From Treponema sp. (GTDB lineage: Bacteria; Spirochaetota; Spirochaetia; Treponematales; Treponemataceae), in assembly GCA_036300185.1 (NCBI GenBank), contig JAXJGY010000051.1:44693-108692 (forward strand): DNA of 64,000 nt. Direction: 5' to 3'. The position numbers and the translations under genes were made by a program. Positions 30,326-38,691 of the stretch are shown here, in pieces; position 1 is the first letter of the stretch; the number at the start of each line of letters is the position of its first letter. The notes beneath the pieces are model-generated. The model did not search any database. It was not told the origin of the DNA and saw nothing but the letters and a program-made list of their open reading frames with translations.

Positions 30326-30502
30326 ATGTCTAAATCTCATCGCGGAAAAGGAATTCACGATTTGGCTGCCCACGGACGTGGTGTATGTGCACGTTGCAAG
30401 AAGGAAAGCATCAAGGTTCTGTATGAACAGGAGATTGATGGCCAGAAGGCAAAGATTTGCAAGTATTGCAAGGCAGCAATCAAGAATGGTAAGTCTGTCT
30501 AA
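30326..30502 (+). CDS. Small (58 aa) basic zinc-ribbon protein, unannotated in the ORF track
   Basis: ATG 30326, 5 nt after AGAGGAG. Reads MSKSHRGKGIHDLAAHGRGVCARCKKESIKVLYEQEIDGQKAKICKYCKAAIKNGKSV (CxxC-N20-CxxC). Followed at once by the operon terminator. Confidence 0.55.
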   Translation: MSKSHRGKGIHDLAAHGRGVCARCKKESIKVLYEQEIDGQKAKICKYCKAAIKNGKSV

Positions 30503-30522
30503 GTTTTAAGAAGACAGCGTAG

Positions 30523-30551
30523 GCCGTCCTAGTTACAGGACGGCTTTTTTT
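30523..30551 (+). terminator. Rho-independent terminator closing the ribosomal super-operon
   Basis: GCCGTCCT-agttac-AGGACGGC followed by TTTTTTT. Confidence 0.85.
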
Positions 30552-30653
30552 GTTAAAACGTTTGGTTCAGATAGGTTAGATTGATATTTCTTAAGTGATA
30601 GACAAAAAACTTAAGTTTTATTAAAATAACGCAAATTGTAATGGAGGTTACAA

Positions 30654-31802
30654 ATGAAAAATTTTGCAAAAAAAGCACTTGTTGTTCTTTTTGTAGTAAT
30701 GATTGCAGGGATGATGTTTACAGGTTGTAGCAAGAAAACATCAGATACAATTAAGATTGGTGGAATTTTCCCCTTGTCTGGTAGCGTTGCTGTTTATGGA
30801 ACAGAGTGCCGCAATGGCGTAGAAATGGCTATTAATGAGATTAATGCCGCTGGTGGTATCAACGGAAAGATGCTGGAGTTGATTGCTGAAGATGATGAAG
30901 GAAGTCCTGAAAAATCAGTAAACGCATACAAGAAGTTGGTTACAAAGGATAACTGTAGCATTATCATTGGTTCTTTGACATCAGGTTGTACTGCTGCAAT
31001 TTCTTCCTTGGCACAGGCTCAGAAGGTATTGCTGCTTGCACCTGCTGCAACTCAGACAGATATTACTGATGCTGGTGACTATGTATTCCGTGCTTGCTTT
31101 ATCGACCCCTTCCAGGGAACTGTTGGTGGAAAGTTTGCTCTTGAAGATTTGGGTGCTAAGAATGCAGCTGTTCTGTACGATGTTCAGAACGACTATTCCA
31201 TCGGATTGTATGAGAACTTCAAGGTTGCATTTGAGCAGGGTGGTGGAACTGTTGTTGCAGAGGAATCCTACAGCACTGGTGACAAGGACTTCAATGCTCA
31301 GTTGACAAAGATTAAGACAACAAATCCTGATGTAGTATATCTTCCCGATTACTACGGAACTGTTGCTTTGATTGCAAAGCAGTTGCGTGCCCAGGGAATC
31401 AATGCTCCTATCGTAGGTGCTGATGGATGGGACGGAATCATTGACAACGCTGGTGATGAAGTTTTGAACGGTTTCTATTCAAACCACTATGCAGCTGACT
31501 CCACAGACGAAAAGGTTGTTACCTTCGTAAATAGCTACAAGGGTAAGTATGGTTCAACACCTGTTTCCTTTGCTGCACTGGGTTATGACTGCGTATATCT
31601 GTTGAAGGATGCCATGTCTGCTGCAAATTCTGCTGATTCAACTGTATTGAAGGATCAGTTGATGAAGACAAATGGTGCTTATGTAACAGGTAACTTGACC
31701 TTTGATGCAAAGCGCAACCCTGTTAAATCTGCTGTAATGTTGGAGATTGTAAAGCAGGGAGATAAGTTGACCCCTGTATACAAGACAACAGTTAATCCCT
31801 AA
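30654..31802 (+). CDS. Branched-chain amino-acid ABC transporter substrate-binding lipoprotein (LivJ/K-like)
   Basis: Lipobox MMFTGC at the signal-peptide end; type-I periplasmic binding fold (GGIFPLSGSVAVYG...); first gene of a Liv-type operon. Confidence 0.85.
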   Translation: MKNFAKKALVVLFVVMIAGMMFTGCSKKTSDTIKIGGIFPLSGSVAVYGTECRNGVEMAINEINAAGGINGKMLELIAEDDEGSPEKSVNAYKKLVTKDNCSIIIGSLTSGCTAAISSLAQAQKVLLLAPAATQTDITDAGDYVFRACFIDPFQGTVGGKFALEDLGAKNAAVLYDVQNDYSIGLYENFKVAFEQGGGTVVAEESYSTGDKDFNAQLTKIKTTNPDVVYLPDYYGTVALIAKQLRAQGINAPIVGADGWDGIIDNAGDEVLNGFYSNHYAADSTDEKVVTFVNSYKGKYGSTPVSFAALGYDCVYLLKDAMSAANSADSTVLKDQLMKTNGAYVTGNLTFDAKRNPVKSAVMLEIVKQGDKLTPVYKTTVNP

Positions 31803-31821
31803 GTAGTAGTAGAGTAAAAAA

Positions 31822-31862
31822 AAACCGGGTGCTTCTCCTTGAAGTATCCGGTTTATTTTTTT
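31822..31862 (+). terminator. Hairpin plus T-tract after the binding-protein gene (partial terminator)
   Basis: ACCGGgtgCTTCtccttGAAGtatCCGGT followed by TTATTTTTTT. Confidence 0.55.
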
Positions 31863-32007
31863 AAATTATAATACAAAATATTGAATATAATTGAAGTTAT
31901 GTCTTTCAAAAACCGTAGAAATCGTGTAATATACTTAGGCTAAAATTATAAATAAAAAGTTTTTGGAACTTATCCTTATAAAAGAACTGGAATGTACGGA
32001 GTGTATC

Positions 32008-32907
32008 ATGGATGCGGGAAGTCTTTTTCTTCAGCAATTGATAAACGGTTTGTCTCTAGGTAGTGTGTACGCATTGATTGCCCTAGGATATACCATGGTT
32101 TATGGAATTGTAAAGCTCATCAATTTTGCCCACGGTGATATTTTGATGTTGGGGGCATATTCTGGGTATTTTGTATTGCGTCAATTTGGAACAACACCAG
32201 TAGGTATGTTTTTGGCTTTTATCTTTGCTATGGTAGTTTGTGCGGTTATTTCAATTTTGATTGAGCGATTTGCTTATCGTCCTCTCCGTTCAGCTCCACG
32301 ATTGAATTCCTTGATTACAGCTATTGCTGTTTCATTGATTTTGCAAAATGGAGCTCGTGTATTGCCCTTTATTGGACCTAATCCACGTCAGTACCCAACC
32401 ATGGAGACAATAAACATTAATTTGGGAGTTGTATCCATTTCAAATATCCAGTTGATTGTTATTGCCTTGTCTGCAATCTTGATGATTATCTTGAACTACA
32501 TTATCAACTACACAAAAACTGGTAAGGCAATGCGTGCTGTATCCTACGATATGCAGGCTGCAAGCTTAATGGGAATTTCTGTTAATAAAACAATCGCCTT
32601 TACCTTTGCCTTAGGTGCAGTTTTGGCTGCTGCAGGTGGTGTGTTGTATGCTACAGCCTATCCTCAGATTGAACCAACTATGGGAACCATGCCCGGACTG
32701 AAAGCCTTCGTTGCAGCTGTTTTGGGTGGAATTGGTTCTGTGCCAGGTGCTATGTTGGGCGGTTATATTTTGGGTGTTGCTGAAACCATGACAAAGGGAT
32801 CCATTGACTCACAGTATGCTGATGCAATTTCATTTTCAATCCTCATCATTATCTTGTTGGTAAAGCCCACAGGAATTCTTGGTGAAAAGATTAGGGTAAA
32901 GGTGTAG
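32008..32907 (+). CDS. livH: Branched-chain amino-acid ABC transporter permease (LivH-like)
   Basis: LQQLINGLSLGSVYALIALGYTMVYGIVKLINFAHGD; start moved to ATG 32008 from track 31963. Confidence 0.88.
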   Translation: MDAGSLFLQQLINGLSLGSVYALIALGYTMVYGIVKLINFAHGDILMLGAYSGYFVLRQFGTTPVGMFLAFIFAMVVCAVISILIERFAYRPLRSAPRLNSLITAIAVSLILQNGARVLPFIGPNPRQYPTMETININLGVVSISNIQLIVIALSAILMIILNYIINYTKTGKAMRAVSYDMQAASLMGISVNKTIAFTFALGAVLAAAGGVLYATAYPQIEPTMGTMPGLKAFVAAVLGGIGSVPGAMLGGYILGVAETMTKGSIDSQYADAISFSILIIILLVKPTGILGEKIRVKV

Positions 32908-32909
32908 CC

Positions 32910-33932
32910 ATGAAAAATAAGGTTCTTCGAGACATGCTGATTCCTGGCTGCGTGGCAGTATTGGCAATTGTGGTGCCATATTTGTTGATTTCAATAGGTA
33001 TAATTGATGCATACACTGCACAAATTATTACCCTTGGTGGCGTTAATGCCATTATGGCCATCAGTGTTAACGTAATTTGTGGTATTACTGGTCAGCTTTC
33101 CTTGGGTCAGGCTGGATTTATGGCCATCGGTTCATACACAACAATTATTTTGACTCAGACCGTTGGAATGCCACTACCAGTAAGTGTTATCATTGCTGCT
33201 TTGGTAACAGTAATTTTTGGTATTTTAATTGGATTTCCTACCTTAAAGTTACAGGGTGACTATTTGGCTATTGTTACTCTAGGCTTTGGTGAAATTATTC
33301 GTGTTTTGCTGGTAAACTTTAAATCTATAACTGGTGGAGCTAACGGATTGCGATTTACAACAATTTTTGTAGCCCGTGCTGATTATGCCTACCTTGCAGT
33401 TATTGGAATGCTTGTTCTGGTAATTATCTTGCTGCAGAACTTTGTTCGTTCAACCTATGGTAGAGCAATTCTTGCGGTACGCGAGGATGAAATCGCTGCC
33501 AATTCCAACGGAGTTTCTGTATTCAAGTATAAGATGATTGGTTTTGCAGTGGCATCCTGTATTGCAGGAATTGGTGGTGCCTTGTATGCACCATTTATCG
33601 GATTTGTTAAGCCTGATCTGGCATCTTTTAATAGAAGTATCGATTACTTGATTTTCGTTGTGCTTGGTGGAATGGGTTCAGTAACAGGTTCTGTAATTGC
33701 AGCCTTTGTACTGACTTATTTGCAGGAGTTCTTAAGATTCTTACAGGATTATCGCTTGTTGATTTATCCTTTGATTCTTATCTTTGTAATGCTCTTTAGA
33801 CCACAGGGCTTGCTGGGAATGAGGGAAATTTCCTTTGTAAAGCTTTGGGATTCGCTAATGGCAAAAATCGGTTCAAAATCAGCTGGAAAATCCACTAAAA
33901 AAGCTGGCAGTGGAAAAGGAGAGGCACAATGA
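32910..33932 (+). CDS. livM: Branched-chain amino-acid ABC transporter permease (LivM-like)
   Basis: GQLSLGQAGFMAIGSYT...LKLQGDYLAIVTLGFGEIIR. Confidence 0.88.
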   Translation: MKNKVLRDMLIPGCVAVLAIVVPYLLISIGIIDAYTAQIITLGGVNAIMAISVNVICGITGQLSLGQAGFMAIGSYTTIILTQTVGMPLPVSVIIAALVTVIFGILIGFPTLKLQGDYLAIVTLGFGEIIRVLLVNFKSITGGANGLRFTTIFVARADYAYLAVIGMLVLVIILLQNFVRSTYGRAILAVREDEIAANSNGVSVFKYKMIGFAVASCIAGIGGALYAPFIGFVKPDLASFNRSIDYLIFVVLGGMGSVTGSVIAAFVLTYLQEFLRFLQDYRLLIYPLILIFVMLFRPQGLLGMREISFVKLWDSLMAKIGSKSAGKSTKKAGSGKGEAQ

Positions 33933-34744
33933 GAGATAATTCCACTTTGTTGCTACAGGCAAATAATATTTCCATTGTGTTCGGTGGATTACGTGCGGTA
34001 AGTGATTTTAACTGCGAGCTTCATGCAGGAGAGCTTGTTGGTTTAATTGGACCAAACGGTGCAGGAAAAACCACCGTATTCAATATGCTTTCTGGAATTT
34101 ATACTCCCACAGAGGGTGAAATCAATTTCTGGGACAGAAATGGTCATGTTCACGTGGCATCAAAAAAGAGCCCAGCCCAGCTGAATCGCATCGGTATTGC
34201 CCGAACCTTTCAGAATATTCGTTTGTTCAATAAGCTGACGGTGGCAGATAACGTGCGAATTGCGTTGCATTCTCAGCGAAGGGTAAAGCCTTGGGACGTG
34301 TTGTTACGGACTCCTCGATTTAGACGAGACGAGCAACAAATGACAGAAAAGGTTGAAGAGTTGCTGCACTTGTTCAAGATTGATAATAAGAAGGACGAAA
34401 TTGCGGCGAATCTTCCCTATGGTGAGCAGAGAAAGCTTGAAATAGTACGAGCATTGGCTGCAAATCCTTCTATTTTGCTGTTGGATGAGCCTGCTGCAGG
34501 AATGAATCCCCAGGAAACAGATGAGTTAATGAAGCTTATTGCTTTTATCCGCAAGGAATTCAATCTCACCATCCTTTTAATTGAGCACGATATGCATCTT
34601 GTTATGGGAATTTGTGAACGACTGATGGTGCTTGATTATGGAAGAATTATCGCCAGCGGAATACCAGATGAAATTAAGTCTAACCCTGATGTTATTAAGG
34701 CATATTTGGGTGCAGATCATGCTGGTGGGGAGGATAGTTTATGA
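33929..34744 (+). CDS. livG: Branched-chain amino-acid ABC transporter ATP-binding protein (LivG-like)
   Basis: Walker A GPNGAGKTT, signature LPYGEQRKLEI, Walker B ILLLDEPAAGM; ATGA overlap with livM. Confidence 0.9.
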   Translation: MRDNSTLLLQANNISIVFGGLRAVSDFNCELHAGELVGLIGPNGAGKTTVFNMLSGIYTPTEGEINFWDRNGHVHVASKKSPAQLNRIGIARTFQNIRLFNKLTVADNVRIALHSQRRVKPWDVLLRTPRFRRDEQQMTEKVEELLHLFKIDNKKDEIAANLPYGEQRKLEIVRALAANPSILLLDEPAAGMNPQETDELMKLIAFIRKEFNLTILLIEHDMHLVMGICERLMVLDYGRIIASGIPDEIKSNPDVIKAYLGADHAGGEDSL

Positions 34745-35448
34745 TGTTACAAGTGAAAGACTTGGAAGTTTCCTATGGAGCTATTAAGGCTCTCCGTGGC
34801 ATTAGCTTTGAGGTTAATCAAGGGGAAATTATCACCTTGATTGGTTCTAATGGTGCCGGAAAAACCACAACTCTCCATGCAATTTCAAACATTATCAAAA
34901 AAGCTAGTGGAAATGTGATTTTTGAAGGGGAAGATATTACTTCTCTGTCTCCAGATGCAATCGTTCGGAAGGGCTTGATTCAGGTACCTGAAGGAAGACG
35001 AATTTTTGCAAATCTTTCTGTTCGTGATAACCTGGAAATGGGAGCCTTTACTCGAAAGGATAAGGCTGGAATCAAGACTGATCTGGAAATGGTTTACGAA
35101 ATGTTCCCTCGGTTGAAGGAACGAATTCGTCAGATTGCAGGAACACTTTCTGGTGGTGAGCAGCAAATGTTGGCTATGGGACGTGCATTGATGTCAAAGC
35201 CACGACTTTTGTTGTTAGATGAACCTTCCATGGGATTGGCACCAATTCTTGTTGATGAGATTTTTTCTATAATTCAGAGAATCAATCAAGCTGGAACCAC
35301 TGTATTGTTGGTAGAGCAAAATGCATATAAGGCACTTTCTATTGCAAATAGAGCCTATATTTTGGAAACTGGTTTGGTAACAAAGTCTGGTAACGCAGAT
35401 GAGTTGGCAAAGGATAATGCAGTAAAAGCCGCATATCTTGGCGGTTAA
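34741..35448 (+). CDS. livF: Branched-chain amino-acid ABC transporter ATP-binding protein (LivF-like)
   Basis: Walker A GSNGAGKTT, LSGGEQQMLAMGRAL, LLLLDEPSMGLAP. Confidence 0.9.
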   Translation: MMLQVKDLEVSYGAIKALRGISFEVNQGEIITLIGSNGAGKTTTLHAISNIIKKASGNVIFEGEDITSLSPDAIVRKGLIQVPEGRRIFANLSVRDNLEMGAFTRKDKAGIKTDLEMVYEMFPRLKERIRQIAGTLSGGEQQMLAMGRALMSKPRLLLLDEPSMGLAPILVDEIFSIIQRINQAGTTVLLVEQNAYKALSIANRAYILETGLVTKSGNADELAKDNAVKAAYLGG

Positions 35449-35473
35449 ACCAATAGATGCCTGAGGAGGGAAC

Positions 35474-36112
35474 ATGATTATTGCAAATGTGATGACACGG
35501 AATCCGATTTTTGTTTCGCCCGATATGTCTGTAAATGATGCCCGGGCGCTGATGACAAGGGAAAAAATCGGAAAGTTACCAGTTTTGGACAAGAACAATC
35601 GCTTGGTTGGAATTGTTACCAAAAAGGACTTGGTAAAGGCAGGACCTTCTGCTGCAACTACCTTGGATATGTATGAAATCAGCTATTTGCTTACCAAGCT
35701 GAAGGTTGAAACAGTAATGGTAAAAAATGTAATTACTGTTCAGCAGACAGAGGTTGTAGAAGAAGCTGCTCGTATTATGGCAGACTCAGACGTTGGTTGT
35801 CTTCCTGTAATGAAGGGGGAGCTGCTGGTAGGAATTATTACAGAAACTGACCTGTTCAGAACCTTTGTTGATATGTTTGGGGCTCGCCATGATGGAATTC
35901 GTGCCACATTCCAGGTGGAGGAAAAGCCAGGAATGATTGCAAAGCTTTCTAACGCCATTGCAGATGCTAACGGAAATATTGTTTCCTTGGTAACCTTTGA
36001 CGTGGATGATGCTGCTCAACGACGATGTACTGTTAAGGTAACTGGTATCGAACGTGATAAGTTTGAACAGATTCTAAAAGAATCAACCTTAGAGGTGGAG
36101 GATATTCGTTAG
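35474..36112 (+). CDS. CBS-pair plus ACT domain protein (AcuB-like)
   Basis: Two CBS repeats (VMTRNPIFVSPD...; VMVKNVITVQQT...) and a C-terminal ACT-like segment (IRATFQVEEKPGMIAKLSNAIADANGNIVSL). Confidence 0.7.
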   Translation: MIIANVMTRNPIFVSPDMSVNDARALMTREKIGKLPVLDKNNRLVGIVTKKDLVKAGPSAATTLDMYEISYLLTKLKVETVMVKNVITVQQTEVVEEAARIMADSDVGCLPVMKGELLVGIITETDLFRTFVDMFGARHDGIRATFQVEEKPGMIAKLSNAIADANGNIVSLVTFDVDDAAQRRCTVKVTGIERDKFEQILKESTLEVEDIR

Positions 36113-36140
36113 GCTTGATTTTACATCAAGAGTTTATCGA

Positions 36141-36190
36141 AATAAAGCGAGGCTAACGAGGGGGATTCCCAAGGTAGCCTCTTTATTTGG
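36141..36190. terminator. Bidirectional terminator between the convergent CBS/ACT gene and hsp20
   Basis: AAATAAAGC-GAGGCTA...TAGCCTC-TTTATTT (A-tract / stem / T-tract). Confidence 0.6.
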
Positions 36191-36223
36191 TAAGGAGGAA
36201 GTTAAGAATAAACTGCTAGAAGT

Positions 36224-36658
36224 TTATTTAACGGTGATGGCAATTTGCTTAGGCTGAGGTTCTGGCTTACGGGGGATATCCACAGAAAGGACACCGTGTT
36301 TAAACTCAGCAGTTACCTTTTCTGCATCAATATCCTGGGGTAAGGTAAAGCGACGAGAGAAGCAGCTGGAACGCCGTTCCTTAATGAGCCATTCTCCCTC
36401 TTTTTTTTCTTCCTTCTTTTCTTCCATCTTTGATGAAATAGAAAGTACTCTATCTTTTAGGTTGATTTCCACGTCCTTTTCGGTGAAGCCTGGCAGATCC
36501 ATGTCAAGAATATATGCAGCAGGTGTTTCTCGAACATCTACCTTTGGTGTTACAACTGGTGTTGAAGCCTGAGAAGGTACCAAATCGCTGAGATTTCTGT
36601 CAATTACATCGAAAAGATCAGATGTAAACCGTGGGTTAAAAAAAGCTAAAGAATTCAT
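36224..36658 (-). CDS. Small heat-shock protein, Hsp20/alpha-crystallin family
   Basis: 144 aa with alpha-crystallin domain (PKVDVRETPAAYILDMDLPGFTEKDVEINL...FSRRFTLPQDIDAEKVTAEFKHGVLSVDIPR); GGAGG SD. Confidence 0.9.
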   Translation of the reverse strand: MNSLAFFNPRFTSDLFDVIDRNLSDLVPSQASTPVVTPKVDVRETPAAYILDMDLPGFTEKDVEINLKDRVLSISSKMEEKKEEKKEGEWLIKERRSSCFSRRFTLPQDIDAEKVTAEFKHGVLSVDIPRKPEPQPKQIAITVK

Positions 36659-36722
36659 GTGTTACCTCCATTGGTAATAAATTAAAAAGTGATGTGTAAG
36701 TTTTGCCTTACACTATAAATAT

Positions 36723-36739
36723 TGCAATTAACGTGCCAA
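36723..36739 (-). promoter_or_regulatory. Canonical sigma-54 (RpoN) -24/-12 promoter upstream of hsp20
   Basis: Minus strand reads tTGGCACgttaaTTGCAa, i.e. TGGCAC-N5-TTGCA with exact consensus spacing, about 65-80 nt upstream of the ATG. Confidence 0.55.
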
Positions 36740-37007
36740 CTTTTCAAAAAATAAAAGAAAAATTAAGTTAAAATTATAATTCAATATTATATAATAAATT
36801 AAATAGAATTGACAAAATTGCTCAAAAGGTCTGTTAGAAATAAAATACAATCCAGTAGGGGACAAAAAAACACGTTCGTAAAAAATAGAGTAAAATATGT
36901 GTCAAAACAACACGTTTGACTGTGTCATTTTAATATAACTGTGACAAAAGGAAGAGGTAATTATAGATAAAGCTTTGTTTAAAGACCTTCTCTTGATTTT
37001 TGACTAG

Positions 37008-38528
37008 TTGCATTATATGATATGGAGGATGACACCTGTTATTGAAAACCTATTAATGGATTTTATTCGCATTCAAACTGAAGAATTTTCTGCACAAGAT
37101 ATTCAAGAAGGTTTTTCCCATATTGGTGTAAATATGTCTACTGCAGAAATAGAGGCATATCTTGGAATGAATCCTTTTGTATTCTCTCTTGAAGGCGGTA
37201 CTTTTTTAACCCGAGCAGGAGCCTTTACAGGGGCTACCTTTACTATAAAGCCTACTACAAAAGAAATTGAAGGTGGCTACTTGTTGGTGGGCCATCGTTG
37301 TATTCCCTTTGTAGATTCAGAGCAATCATCTGGAGCTTTACGTTTTTCCTTTGATAACCAGATTCTTCCTCGAAAAATAATGGATTTTCCATTGCGAGAA
37401 GTGTTGCCATTTTTTTCCCTGTTTGGTGAGGAATATGCTATTCAGTTTATTCTTTCTGACCCTGCGGCTCGAGATAGTATGCTCCGTTCCTTTGAAGAGG
37501 AGCTCCCTCAAAGTGTAAGCTTAACGGTTATTGATTGTTCTAAGATTTTTAAAGACTGGAACTTTAAGCGGGGAGATTTGCTGTTAGCAGAAGTTATAGA
37601 TTGGCGCGGTGGAATTGTAAAAATTCATCCTCTCTGTAGCCACAAGGAAAATCCCTTTCAGCAGCAGCCTGTAGATCAACAACGAAACGACTGGTATAAG
37701 CTTTTTGAAAAAAGATTGCTGGAAAGCTTTGACGCTTATGGCCCCTGCGGAACTATAGAAGAACAGCTAGCACGAGTATTCTTTGTGTATCAAAAGGAAC
37801 TGTGCAAGGACATAGCTGGAACCATTGAAGAAGGCATCAAGCACTCTAAGGTTATTAGTATGGAGCCCTATGGAGTGGAAAGTCGTTTGTGGTTTAAAGG
37901 ACAGGAGGTGCCTGCAGTGGGCCCCTGGTTACAGCCAACTGATAGTGTAGAAGAAGGTGAGACTGCGGCATGGAGCAATGAGCAGCTTAATACTGAAATG
38001 ATGCTATGGCCTAGGGTAATCTTTGATTCTTGGATTGTTGATGGCTTATACAATAAAAAAAATAATGAAGAAACTCTTGTAAATTTGATTTTAGGGGAGT
38101 CAACTTCACCTTTAGATGTACTCAAAAGAAAGCGTCTCCAGGGAACAATACGATCACGAAGAAGCAAGCTGGAAGAAACATATAATTGGTTTGCGGATTT
38201 TGAGCGAGGACCAGTTCGTCATCGTTTATTAGAGCTGCATACAAAGGTTTTTGCTCTGGTGCTGGAGCTAGACGATGTGGATGACCAGCTAGAAGGATTT
38301 CCTCAGCAGCCCTTGGTAATTCTCTCTCAGCTTTCAACTCATATTCAATATATGTTGGAAAGCCTGTTACGTGACATAAATCTCAAGGATGAGGATGTCC
38401 GAGCAATGGCTGCTTCCTTGGAAGGTATGGAATATAATTTTGAGGAAGTGTCTGCAGAGCTAAAGTCAGCATTGGCAGCAAGCTATAAGAGTCGGTTTAC
38501 TGTCATTAAAGGTGATAAAAAACAATAG
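37008..38528 (+). CDS. Hypothetical protein (~500 aa), no recognisable domain
   Basis: Long uninterrupted ORF, acidic, no motif I can assign. Start uncertain (TTG 37008, ATG 37017 or 37029). Confidence 0.5.
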   Translation: MHYMIWRMTPVIENLLMDFIRIQTEEFSAQDIQEGFSHIGVNMSTAEIEAYLGMNPFVFSLEGGTFLTRAGAFTGATFTIKPTTKEIEGGYLLVGHRCIPFVDSEQSSGALRFSFDNQILPRKIMDFPLREVLPFFSLFGEEYAIQFILSDPAARDSMLRSFEEELPQSVSLTVIDCSKIFKDWNFKRGDLLLAEVIDWRGGIVKIHPLCSHKENPFQQQPVDQQRNDWYKLFEKRLLESFDAYGPCGTIEEQLARVFFVYQKELCKDIAGTIEEGIKHSKVISMEPYGVESRLWFKGQEVPAVGPWLQPTDSVEEGETAAWSNEQLNTEMMLWPRVIFDSWIVDGLYNKKNNEETLVNLILGESTSPLDVLKRKRLQGTIRSRRSKLEETYNWFADFERGPVRHRLLELHTKVFALVLELDDVDDQLEGFPQQPLVILSQLSTHIQYMLESLLRDINLKDEDVRAMAASLEGMEYNFEEVSAELKSALAASYKSRFTVIKGDKKQ

Positions 38529-38586
38529 CTGTTTTCAGTTTACCTTCATCTTCCTTTCGATTTTCTGTGATTTCGTAGTTTTTCGA

Positions 38587-38615
38587 TTGAAAATAATAAA
38601 TTCTCTTGGTATAAT
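38587..38615 (+). promoter_or_regulatory. Near-consensus sigma-70 promoter of tkt
   Basis: TTGAAA-N17-TATAAT with a TGg extended -10 (cttGGTATAAT); ~70-nt leader, then the GAGGAG SD. Confidence 0.55.
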
Positions 38616-38691
38616 TTATAAAATACCTGCTACGTAAGCTAGCGTAGATTTAATTGATGGCTTGGCTTTGTAGCAAAACGAGGAGTACGAT

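Noticed and set aside
29663-30509. 236-aa minus-strand ORF (29663-30373) and 133-aa plus-strand ORF (30108-30509) over the rplQ tail
   Set aside because: Both are out-of-frame or antisense readings of the repetitive Lys/Ala/Glu-coding tract of L17 (CRCLCLCL..., [15 protein letters not shown]...). The real downstream gene is the 58-aa ORF in another frame.
30552-30653. CTTAAG-N14-CTTAAG hairpin followed by TTTTATT upstream of the Liv binding-protein gene as an attenuator
   Set aside because: It is a six-bp AT-rich stem in an AT-rich spacer, too weak to distinguish from chance.
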